Shown here piece by piece: positions 46,248 through 57,427 of a DNA stretch of 64,000 nt. Within the stretch, counting starts at the first letter, position 1; every line of letters begins with the position of its first letter. Both the position numbers and the translations under genes were made by a program. Under the pieces are notes generated by a model that was not told where the DNA came from, made no database searches, and saw only the letters and a list, made by a program, of their open reading frames with translations. Location of the stretch: the NCBI GenBank assembly GCA_030390025.1, contig JASTWF010000327.1, forward strand, positions 1 through 64,000, read 5' to 3'. This DNA is from Squalus acanthias (Eukaryota).

Positions 46248-47129
46248 ATACGGACCAGGGTCAAGCAAGGCTGTGTCATCGCACCAACGCTCTTCTCGAT
46301 CTTCCTGGCTGCAATGCTCCATCTCACCCTCAGTAAGCTGCCCGCTGGAGTGGAGCTAATCTTCAGAACAAACAGGAAACTGTTCAACCTCCATCGTCTC
46401 CAGTCCAGATCCAAGGTCGTCCCATCCTCTGTCATCGAATTACAGTATGCAGACGCCGCTTGCGTCTGTGCACACTCGGAGGTCAAACTCCAAACCATCA
46501 TCAACACCATCACCGAAGCGTACGAGAGCATGGGCCTTACACTAAACATCCGTAAGACAAAGGACCTCTACCAACCTGCCCCCGCCACACAATACTGCCC
46601 CCAGATTATCAAAATCCACGACGAGGCCTTGGACAACGTGGACCACTTTCCATACCTCGGGAGCTGACTGTCATCAAGGGCAGACATCGATGACGAAGTC
46701 CAACACTGCCTTCAGTGTGCCAGTGCAGCCTTCGGTCGCCTGAGGAAGAGAGTGTTTGAAGACCAGGACCTCAAACCCGGCACTAAGCTCATGGTCTACA
46801 GAACAGTAGTGATACCCGCCCTCCTGTATGCTTCAGAGACATGGACCATGTACAGCAAGCACCTCAAAGCACTGGAGAGGTACCACCAATGCTGCCTCCG
46901 CAAGATCCTGCAAATTCATTGGCAGGTTAGGCGCACCAACGTCAGTGTGCTCGCTCAGGCCAACATCCCCAGCATTGAAGCTTTGACTCTGCTCGATCAG
47001 CTCCGATGGCCACATCGTCCGCATGCCCGATACAAGACTCCCAAAACAAGCGCTCTACTCCGAGCTCCGACATGGCAAGAGAGCCCCAGGTGGGCAGAGG
47101 AAATGCTTCAAGGACACCCTCAAAGCCTC
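46248..47129 (+). mobile_element. RTE-clade LINE fragment (RT domain to C-terminus), decayed and interrupted by the ERV
   Basis: VKQGCVIAPTLFSIF, ELQYADA, VDHFPYLGS, AFGRLRKRVF, LLYASETWT and RLPKQALYSELRHGKRAPGGQRKCFKDTLKAS are RTE/BovB-type motifs. Similarity ends abruptly at the TG of 47130. Confidence 0.85.
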
Positions 47130-47335
47130 TGAAAGGGTTAAAAGGGCTAAAATGAGGATTAACGAACAGGGCATTCGTCCCCGGATGAATGTCTCCCCTG
47201 TCGACTTGTAATAAAGTTGATTTACTGAATGAACCTCCAGACTCTGAGTGATTGATTGGGAATAAGGCGGACGTCGACCCTTTATATCAGAGGGTCCGTC
47301 TCGGGGAGAAGAAGCTCTCCCGGTTTACCCTTACA
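47130..47335 (+). mobile_element. ERV 5' LTR (206 bp)
   Basis: Starts TG and ends CA, with imperfect terminal inverted repeats (TGAAAGGGTTAA ... TTTACCCTTACA). AATAAA at 47210-47215. Followed 3 nt later by a PBS. Confidence 0.85.
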
Positions 47336-47338
47336 TCT

Positions 47339-47356
47339 TGGTGTAGTTGGCAGGAT
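47339..47356 (+). promoter_or_regulatory. Primer-binding site, tRNA-Ser
   Basis: TGGTGTAGTTGGCAGGAT equals the complement of the vertebrate tRNA-Ser 3' end (TGGCGTAGTCGGCAGGAT) with two CpG-type C>T changes. Confidence 0.85.
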
Positions 47357-47383
47357 CTACCGGACGGGCTGAGTAGAGACATT

Positions 47384-48276
47384 GGGGTAAAAATTCAGTT
47401 GGTTGCGCCTCCCGTTAGCGCCTTAAGAGGGCGCTAATGGGGCGCAAAGCCGCTAACGCCCGGGCGCAGCGATGTTTGCGCCGCTCGGGAACTTAACTAG
47501 ACATTGTGCGGCGGCACTAAACTTTACCGCTGCGACCACCTGCGCGCGCAGATTGTGACGTCATTCCATGGTGCAACGCCCTTGTGGCGCCCCGGAGCGG
47601 AAATTGAGTGGCGCCCCCTGCCTTACCGCCTGACGCTAGCAACGACAGGTTGAGGGGAGCGTTCTGCAGTCATGAAGGGAAAGGGGGAGCGCTATTTAAA
47701 GGTGACCGCTTCCTGCCTTTTATTGTTGGTGGCATTTTTGAACTACGCATTCTGAGAGAGAGAGGGAGAGACTTCTGGAGAGATTCAACGTTGTGTGAAG
47801 GCGTTTTGGGTACTGAGCAGCACTTTGCAGGTTCATTTTGATTTGCCATTCCTTGTATCGATTTAGCAGAGACTGTGGGAGCTGCACTCTGAGCTCTTTG
47901 CCTGGTACTCTCCATTGTTCTTTCCAGCACATTTGATGTGCAAGTCTCTCCAGGCCGAGATTCAAGGCTGCAATGAACAGGATGTGGATGGAAAGCAAGA
48001 TTAACCATCCCCTTTAAGAACTGGCCCGTGCCATTGTGTGTGTGTTCCATTGCTGACTGACATTACATGAGCTTCGCCAGCACTCTGAGTTAGCGCCTCA
48101 CTCCTTGGCCTTTGCGCCTTAAGACAGGTGTGCAGCGCCTGATTTAGCGCTCCACTCACCTCCCGGGGCGGTAAAAGTGAAGTTTCCAGTCAGTGGCGAT
48201 AATTAGCGCCAGGCGCTAATATTTGCGTCCAGATGATATTTGCGCCCCAAATGGGGCGCGACCTAATTTCCCCCCC
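47384..48276. mobile_element. Non-autonomous TIR DNA element (PIF/Harbinger-like) in the ERV leader
   Basis: Ends GGGGTAAAAATT...AATTTCCCCCCC (imperfect TIRs), 3-bp duplication ATT (47381-83 / 48277-79), subterminal TTAGCGCC/GGCGCTAA repeats. The superfamily assignment is inference from the 3-bp TSD and G-rich TIR. Confidence 0.65.
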
Positions 48277-48679
48277 ATTGTCTCCTCGCATCAAAGCCCA
48301 AGGCCGGGGATCCAACGAATCTGAGGCGGTGTCCGGATACGTGAGTAAAACAACTTAGGTGCGCGTTAGGACATTGTAAAAATGAAAATGTCTGAATAAG
48401 TGGAGGAGCTCGGGTTATATAGGATTGGATATAGGGAAGATCCAATCTAGGCAGAGTTAAAACCGCGTAAGCAGGGAAAAGTCCCTGAAGGTCTGGGGGA
48501 GTCCCGGAGGTAACAAAAGGGGGAAACTAGCAAATCCACCCGAAAAGAATGGCGAACAAAGAGGACCAAAAGATCTAAACTCCCGTCCGAGTTTGTACGA
48601 GACAAATATGAAAAGATGAAGAAAAAGATGATTAAGAAATGGTATGAGTCAGAACACAAACCAGAATGGAGAAATAACT

Positions 48680-49741
48680 ACGATAGCAAAATACTGCGGA
48701 TGCTGGAAAATTGAAACAACAGAAAAGGCTGGAAAAACTCAGCAGGCCAGGCAACATCCGTGGAGAGAGAAACAGAGTTAACGTTTCAGGTCGAAAACCC
48801 TTCGTCAGAACTGAGAAAAAAGCAGGAAATGAAACAGATAAAAAAGCAAGTGGGAGGCTGGGGGGAGGAATAAAAGAACAAAAGGGGAGGTCTATGGTAA
48901 GTAGAGACATTAAGAGATGCTCAAGGCAAGACGAGATGGTAATGGGACAGGTTAAGAAACAAAAGGTGGCTCAGAAGTGTGAAATGTGAAATGCTGGCAG
49001 AATGAGAGACAGCTGCCGTGGGGGGGAGAGAGAGGGAAAAGGCACAAACCAAAAGGGTGGATAAAATGTGTGTGTGTGTATATATATGTGTGGTGGGGGC
49101 CGAGGTTATGATCTGAAATTGTTGAACTCGATATTGAGTCCGGAAGGCTGTAAAGTGCCTAATCAGAAGATGAGGTGCTGTTCCTCGAGCTTACGCTGAG
49201 CTTCCGTGGAACAATGCACGAGGCCGAGGACGGTGAGGTCTGAGTGGGCGTGGAGCGGTGAATTAAAATGACAAGCGACCGGAAGCTCGGGGTCCCCCTT
49301 ACGGACTGAACGGAGGTGTTCCGCAAAGCGGTCACCCAATCTGCGTTTGGTCTCCCCAATGTAGAGGAGACCACATCGTGAGCAGCGAATACAGTATACT
49401 AAATTGCAAGAAGTACAAGTAAATCGCTGTTACACCTGGAAGGGGTGTTTGGGGCCCTGGACAGTGGGAAGGGGGGAGGTATAAGGGCAGGTGTTGCATC
49501 TCCTGCGCTTGCACGGGAAGGTGCCGGGCGAAGGGGAAGGGGTGCTGGGGGTGATAGAGGAGTGGACCAGGGTGTCGTGGAGGGAGCGGTCCCTTCGGAA
49601 TGCTGCAAGGGGGTGGAGAGGAAGATGTGTTTGGTGGTGGGATCACGCTGGAGGTGGCGGAAATGGCGGAGGATGATCCATTGAATGTGGAGGCTGGTGG
49701 GGTGAAAGGTGATGACAAGGGGAACCCTATCGTGGTTCCGG
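48680..49741 (-). mobile_element. Penelope-like element (PLE), 5'-truncated: linker + GIY-YIG endonuclease + 3' terminal region
   Basis: Minus strand reads DRVPLVITFHPTSLHIQ..., FTCTSCNLVYCIRCSRCGLLYIGETKRRLGDRFAEH and LGTLQPSGLN. Flanked by the 9-bp direct repeat GAAATAACT (48671-79 / 49742-50). Confidence 0.9.
48776..48812 (-). ncRNA. Minimal type I hammerhead ribozyme motif in the PLE terminal region
   Basis: Minus strand AGUU-CUGACGA-AGG(guuuucga)CCU-GAAA-CG-UU-AACU: both core boxes, stem II AGG/CCU, stem I AGUU/AACU, and palindromic ACGU in place of stem III. Confidence 0.8.
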
Positions 49742-52234
49742 GAAATAACTGGTGGATGGAACAGAAGGGCAGTAAGGGAGATGAGTCCATAATTGTGTGT
49801 GTGGACAATGAACAGACTTACGCTCAGGGGAAAAAACAAATGGAAGGTTCGGTGCAAGCAGGCACAGGAAGACTTAAAACGAGCAAGTGAGGAAATGAAA
49901 AAAATGACCGGAGGAAAATGCTGGTGGGAAACAGACGCTGGCCTCCGCTTACCCGCGACTCCAAAGGCAGAGAGAGAAAAGGAAAGTCAGTAAAGGTAGT
50001 GAAGAGGAAAGTGAAGAGGAAGACATAGACGATGAACAAAAATGGGCGGTAAACCATAACCGGGATTTGTATCCAGTGGAGTACAAGCCCATATACCCCG
50101 ACCTTAAAGGGTTAGAGTTAGGACCAGAGGACAAAGGGGCAAAAATGGCCCCAATTACTGTGAAACATATATCGGACGGGAAGGATGACCAAGGGAAGGA
50201 TAAACCCAAGAAGAGAACCGAAACCCATAAACCTTTTAGCCCGCTGGAAAAGCCGGCCATATTGCAGGAACTCCCCCCGTTAAAACCAGCAAACGCAAAC
50301 CCAGAATTTTGGTCGAAATTAGAAGGGATGATTGAGGTGCACAATATGCATGAGAAGGACGGACACGCCCTGGTAAAAGCCCGATGCCCGCGAAGTACGT
50401 GGGAAGGAATGATGGACGGATAGAAGGAAGGGAACTGGGTGAGAAGAGAAGGAGAAAGGGCGGCTAAGATAGGGGACTTTGTTGAGGCGGTTCAGGATGC
50501 ACTGGGGGCGGGACAGAGTAATTGGGGAACCAGAATGAATGTACAACAAGGAAAGGACCAGACGGTAACAGACGATGCTGAGCCAAAATATCGCAGTTAC
50601 CAACAATACTCGGGGGTCCCAGATCCCAAACGGAACGATCCGGTGTTTTTTAAAATGTTAAAGGAAGGAATGAGCCCGCAGCATCAGGAGGTCCGGAAGC
50701 TCGGGATCTCGGTCGGTCAAAATTATGGGCAAGTAATGTCCTGGGCGGGAGAAATAGATGCCCGATGAATTTCGGACAGGGAAACCAAGGGAAAGACTAA
50801 GGCAGCGGCCCTGGAATATACAGCAGCAATAGCAACAAACCAGGGAACAGGACAGGGAAAATGTTATGGTGCGGCTCACCCCACCACCAGTTGAAAAATT
50901 ACCCCAGCAAAGGTACAGGGGCCCAGACCAAAACAGGACAGACGTATTGTGAGAAGAAAGGTCAATGGAAAACGAGGTTTGCAAGGGAAAGAAGAGATAA
51001 AGTTGTTAAAGGAAAAAGTAGCGTTGCTACAGACGGAACGTTTAATCAAAGGAGACCGAGTCCCCTTTGCAAAAGTGATAAACTTTATTCCGGAAAGTCT
51101 GTCTCAAAAAAAACACAACGGGTTAAGAGAGAAACATAGCCATGTGGTTAAGCATAAAGTTCAGGAGAGAGAGGGAGAGATAAAGAAGGAAAAACATCTA
51201 ATTTGCAGGCTAACCAATCTGAAAACTCAGCAAAGGAAGGGGGGGAAAAAAACCAGGGATTTGGAAAGCCAGGAAAAGCTGCTGAGACACCGATGTAAAA
51301 AAAAGAGACATTTAAAGTTTTCCCGACATGTAAGTTATTAATGTCTGTGCCGAGACAAATAAAACACAAGATTTGCTGAGTGAAAGGAACCTTAAAAAAT
51401 GCTGGAATTTCAGTTTGTGTGAAAGTGTGTGTTAAAAGGTTGAAAGTTGTCCTGACTGTGAATGTTTAAGAAGTTACATTATTCTTTTGTCTGAAAGTCT
51501 GTCTTTAAAAAAGTGTCTGTCATTTTTGTTTTAGCTCCACCCACTCTTTTGTACAGAGAGCTAAAAGCTGTTTAACCCTTTGAAGACTTGTCTTGAATGA
51601 TGGACAAGTGTGTGTTGTTTTAAGTTTGTTAATTGTTTTACAAAAGATAAGCTTCAGCCTTGAAGTCACAGTTGCCAACGTGCCTGGAAGAAAATGAATT
51701 TGAATGTTTACAAGGCATGGGTAATTGTTTCTTTGTTAATATGGTTTCTTTCTTTTCCAAGTGATACTGGTTAGTTTTTTAAAAATGATCTGGATTGAAT
51801 TGGAGTTATTGAGGTTAATTAACCTATTAATACCAGACTTTTATTGTGGCCACGGTGAAATTCTGGTTGGTGTAAATTTGTGTAGACCGCATCGAATAAG
51901 ATTGTGCACCCAGAATTGAAACAAAACTTCAAAGTACAATTTAAGTTAAGCTGGTGTGTAAAAACTGAGAAGAAAAACAAAAAGTTTGTTTAACAAAAGA
52001 TTAAGTTTCAGTCTAAGATTTAACCTTGGAGTCGCGGTTGCTATGGTGAAATCCTCCAAAGCACCCTGATTTGATTTGTTTAAATGTGAAAAACTAATTT
52101 TTCTCCAGTTGTAAGCAACAACTTTAGTATTGCTGAATGAAATTTAAAGATATTGGACATTATTAAATTTAAGTGTCTTAATTTTAAGTTAATATTTCCC
52201 CACAGTGACGGAAGGAAAATTAAGATTTGATAAA

Positions 52235-54174
52235 TTAACCCCTTGGGCTCTTAAACAGAACTATATCAGATAGCCGGAAAGCAAAGTGGGAAACAATCCT
52301 CTTACCAAGAGATGGATCAGTATTAATACAAAAACATACTGGAATAAACCCAGCATCCGGAATATTAACAGAAGGGGATAAGCATAGTTGCCAAGTAAAA
52401 CTAGAGGAAGAAGTAAGTAGTGGGGTAAAAGAGAACCCCCTCGAGAACCCGGATGAAGTAGTATACGTGGATGGATCAAGAAAATACATAAATGGAGAAC
52501 CTAGAACAGGATGGGCCGTGGTAAATCAGGAGGGGGAAACCTTAATGACTGGAGCACTATAGGGGGATAAATCAGCACAGGGGGCTGAATTGGTGGCCCT
52601 GATCAAAGCACTAGAATCAGCAAAGGACAAAAAAAATGAACATATACACGGACAGTCGATACGCATTTGGAGTGGTTCATGATTATATGACACTGTGGGC
52701 CCGAAGGAGTTATATGACCTCCACTGGAGAGGTAGTAAAACATGGAAAGCTAATAGAAAGGCTAGTTAAGGCGGCACAGGCACCTTTAGAGGCAGCGGTA
52801 ATTAAAATAAAGGCCCACACGAAGAAAGACATGGACTCACAGGAACCCCAGGATCAGGCCCCCATAGGGAATCGGAATGCAAATTTGGCCGCAAAACTAG
52901 CCACGGAGGAACTTAAACCAGAAGCCATGTTTAAACACGAGATAAATATGGTCATGACAGCCAGTGGGGTACAGGAAGTGAATATAGTGGAGGTACAAGA
53001 AAATACTAGTAAAGAGGAAAAGGAGAGATGGAAACAAGCTGGCGCACAGTTACAAGATGGAATTTGGAAATGGGGCCCACGTAACCAGGTGGTGGCACCG
53101 GAATGTTGTAGACAACAACTGATGGGGCTGTACCATGGTGTAACACATACCGGCAGAAGTAACATGTTGCACCTACTGTCACAGTACTGGTAGTGGCCAA
53201 AGATGGGTCGAGAGGTGGCGAAGTATTGTCACCGCTGTATAATATGTGCTAAGAATAATGTAGGACAGAGATGTAGAGTTAGAGCAGCAAACCAGCCCAG
53301 GCCCCAAGGACCCTGGGAAAACTTGCAGATTGACTTTAGCGCAGGACCGGGGGAAGAAACATTGCCTGGTAATAATCGACCAATTTACCAGGTGGGTGGA
53401 AGCCTTTGCCACCCGAGATTGCTCTGCGAAAACAGTTGCACTAATATTGGCTACCGAGGTTATACCCCGTTGGGGAGTGCCTCTGCAAATTGACTCAGAT
53501 AAAGGCACCCACTTTACCGGTAAAATAATGAAGGAAACTTGTAAGCTGTTAAATGTAACACAAAAATACCACATACCAGATCACCCCCAGAGCTCGGGGA
53601 TGGTAGAAAGAATGAATAGACACTGAAAAACACGCTGACAAAAGCCATCCAAGAAAGAGGGAAGGGATGGTCGGAATTACTACCCAGCATATTAATGAGG
53701 CTGCGAGCCACCCCAGGACGCACGACCGGACTGACCCCCAATGAATTAATGACAGGACAAGCTATGAGGCTGCCAGAGGATCTGGCTGGAGGGGTGGGAG
53801 AACCAGGACCAGTACAAGATAGACTAAGACAATACTTAGTACAACTAAACCAAGAGGTACAAGCACTAAATAGAGAAGTAAGGAACCAGCAACAGATTAA
53901 AGATCTAGAAAGACAAAATGCTGGACTTAAACCAGATGAGCTGCCCAAAATAGGCCAGCAGGGAATGACGCAAGTTATTGGAAGAAAGGGAATGGAACCC
54001 CGTTGGATGGGGCCGTATACCGTATTAATGACAAGCGATACATGTGTTTGTCTACAGGAACCGACGGGCATGCGATGGAAGCACTGGACCCAGGTGAAAC
54101 CATTTAACACTAAAGATCCCCATTCTACCCTCTCCTCTAGGGAAAAGAGCTCGGAAAATGACGGACTAAGATAA
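52235..54174 (+). pseudogene. pol: ERV pol remnant: end of tether domain, RNase H and integrase (stops and frameshifts)
   Basis: SDSRKAKWE..NPASG..HSC (tether); YVDGS (52464), SAQGAELVAL, IYTDSRYAFGVVHD, IKIKAH and GNRNAN (RNase H); HGVTH..CHRCIIC, LQIDF, IDSDKGTHFT, PQSSGMVERMN and PRWMGPY (integrase). Confidence 0.9.
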
Positions 54175-54226
54175 CCATACCATGAAGTTGCTGTGGATAA
54201 CACTAACCATAGCCATATGGCAGAGA

Positions 54227-57200
54227 GCCAGGGCGGTGGGAATACCATGGGCACAGATGGCCAGGGTGGTCGGAATACCAGGGGCACAGATGGCCAGGGC
54301 GGTGATAATACCAGGGGCACAGATGGCCAGGGCGGTCGGTACACCAGGGGGCACAGATGGCCAGGGCGGTGAGAATACCAGGGGGCACAGATGGCCAGGG
54401 CGGTGAGAATACCAGGGGGCACAGACGGCCAGGGCGGTGAGAATACCAGGGGCACAGATGGCCAGGGCGGTGAGAATACCAGGGGGCACAGACGGCCAGG
54501 GCGGTGAGAATACCAGGGGGCACAGACGGCCAGGGCGGTGAGAATGCCAGGGGGCACAGATGGTCAGGGCGGTCGGAATGCCAGGGGCACAGATGGCCAG
54601 GGCGGTGAGAATACCAGGGGGCACAGACGGTCAGGGCGGTGAGAATACCAGGGGCACAGATGGCCAGGGCGGTGAGAATACCAGGGGGCACAGACGGCCA
54701 CGGCGGTGAGAATACCAGGGGGCACAGATGGCCAGGGCGGTGAGAATACCAGGGGGCACAGACGGCCAGGGCGGTCGGAATACCAGGGGCACAGATGGCC
54801 AGGGCGGTGAGAATCCCAGGGGGCACAGACGGCCAGGGCGGTCGGAATACCAGGGGCACAGACGGCCAGGGCGGTGAGAATACCAGGGGGCACAGATGGT
54901 CAGGGCGGTCAGAATGCCAGGGGCACAGATGGCCAGGGCGGTGAGAATACCAGGGGGCACAGACGGCCAGGGCGGTGAGAATACCAGGGGGCACAGATGG
55001 TCAGGGCGGTGAGAATACCAGGGGCACAGATGGCCAGGGCGGTGAGAATACCAGGGGGCACAGATGGCCAGCGCGGAGAGAATACCAGGGGGACAGATGG
55101 CCAGGGCGGTGAGAATACCAGGGGGCACAGATGGCCAGGGCGGTGAGAATACCAGGGGGCACAGATGGCCAGGGCGGTGAGAATACCAGGTGGCACAGAT
55201 GGCCAGGGCGGTCGGAATACCAGGGGGCACAGATGGCCAGGGCGGTCGGAATACCAGGGGGCACAGACGGCCAGGGCGGTCGGAATACCAGGGGGCACAG
55301 ACGGCCAGGGCGGTCGGAATACCAGGGGCACAGATGGCCAGGGTGGTGAGAATACCAGGGGGCATTGACGGCCATGGCGGTGAGAATACCAGGGGCACAG
55401 ACGGCCATGGCGGTGAGAATACCAGGGGCACAGACGGCCAGGGCGGTCGGAATACCAGGGGCACAGACGGCCATGGCGGTGAGAATACCAGGGGCACAGA
55501 TGGCCAGGGCGGTGAGAATACCAGGGGCACAGATGGCCAGGGCGGTGAGAATACCAGGGGGCACAGACGGCCAGGGCGGTCGGAATACCAGGGGGCACAG
55601 ACGGTCAGGGCGGTGAGAATACCAGGGGCACAGATGGCCAGGGCGGTGAGAATACCAGGGGGCACAGATGGCCAGGGCGGTGAGAATACCAGGGGGCACA
55701 GATGGCCAGGGCGGTGAGAATACCAGGGCGCACAGATGGCCAGGGCGGTCGGAATACCAGGGGGCACAGACGGCCAGGGCGGTGAGAATACCAGGGGCAC
55801 AGATGGCCAGGGCGGTCGGAATACCAGGGGCACAGATGGCCAGGGCGGTGAGAATACCAGGGGGCACAGATGGCCAGGGCGGTGAGAATACCAGGGGCAC
55901 AGACGGCCATGGCGGTCGGAATACCAGGGGGCACAGATGGCCAGGGCGGTGAGAATACCAGGGGGCACAGATGGCCAGGGCGGTGAGAATACCAGGGGGC
56001 ACAGATGGCCAGGGCGGTGAGAATACCAGGGGGCACAGATGGCCAGGGCGGTGAGAATACCAGGGGGCACAGATGGCCAGGGCGGTGAGAATACCAGGGG
56101 GCACAGACGGCCAGGGCGGTGAGAATACCAGGGGGCACAGACGGCCAGGGCGGTGAGAATACCAGGGGGCACAGATGGCCAGGGTGGTCGGAATACCAGG
56201 GGCACAGATGGCCAGGGTGGTGAGAATACCAGGGGGCACAGACGGCCATGGCGGTGAGAATACCAGGGGCACAGACGGCCAGGGCGGTCGGAATACCAGG
56301 GGCACAGACGGCCATGGCGGTGAGAATACCAGGGGCACAGACGGCCAGGGCGGTGAGAATACCAGGGGCACAGATGGCCAGGGTGGTCGGAATACCAGGG
56401 GCACAGATGGCCAGGGCGGTGAGAATACCAGGGGCACAGACGGCCAGGGCGGTGAGAATACCAGGGGCACAGACGGCCATGGCGGTGAGAATACCAGGGG
56501 CACAGACGGCCATGGCGGTGAGAATACCAGTGGCACAGACGGCCAGGTCGGTCGGAATACCAGGGGCACAGATGGCCAGGGCGGTGAGAATACCAGGGGC
56601 ACAGACGGCCAGGGCGGTGAGAATACCAGGGGGCACAGATGGCCAGGGCGGTCAGAATACCAGGGGGCACAGATGGCCAGGGTGGTCAGAATACCAGGGG
56701 GCACAGATGGCCAGGGCGGTGAGAATACCAGGGGCACAGATGGCCAGGGCGGTCAGAATACCAGGGGGCACAGATGGCCAGGGCGGTGAGAATACCAGGG
56801 GCACAGACGGCCAGGGCGGTGAGAATACCAGGGGCACAGATGGCCAGGGCGGTCAGAATACCAGGGGGCACAGATGGCCAGGGCGGTGAGAATACCAGGG
56901 CGCACAGACGGCCAGGGCGGTGGGAATACCAGGGGGAACAGATGGCCAGGGCGGTGAGAATACCAGGGGCACAGACGGCCAGGGCCGTGAGAATACCAGG
57001 GGCACAGACGGCCAGAGCCGTGAGAATACCAGGGGCACAGATGGCCAGGGCGGTGAGAATACCAGGGGCACAGATGGCCAGGGCGGTCGGAATACCAGGG
57101 GCACAGATGGCCAGGGCGGTGAGAATACCAGGGGGCACAGACGGCCAGGGCGGTGAGAATACCAGGGGCACAGACGGCCATGGCGGTGAGAATACCAGGG

Positions 57201-57427
57201 GCACAGACGGCCAGGGCGGTGAGAATACCAGGGGCACAGATGGCCAGGGTGGTCGGAATACCAGGGGCACAGATGGCCAGGGCGGTGAGAATACCAGGGG
57301 CACAGACGGCCAGGGCGGTGGGAATACCAGGGGCACAGATGGCCAGGGTGGTCAGAATACCAGGGGGCACAGATGGCCAGGGCGGTGAGAATACCAGGGG
57401 CACAGATGGCCAGGGCGGTCAGAATAC
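54227..57427. repeat. 33/34-bp minisatellite, left arm (~96 units); unit GCCAGGGCGGTGAGAATACCAGGGG(G)CACAGA(T/C)G
   Basis: Direct reading. Unit length varies with the G4/G5 run. Confidence 0.97.

Larger units (their letters stand above)
48560..50990 (+). pseudogene. gag: ERV gag, decayed, split by a Penelope insertion (48680-49741)
   Basis: Lies between the PBS and pol. Same-frame ORF pieces 50067-50423 and 50439-50768; YPDL late-domain-like motif (50094-50105); degenerate zinc knuckles near 50860 (C..CGSPHHQLKNY) and 50945 (YCEKKGQW). The start is approximate. Confidence 0.65.
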
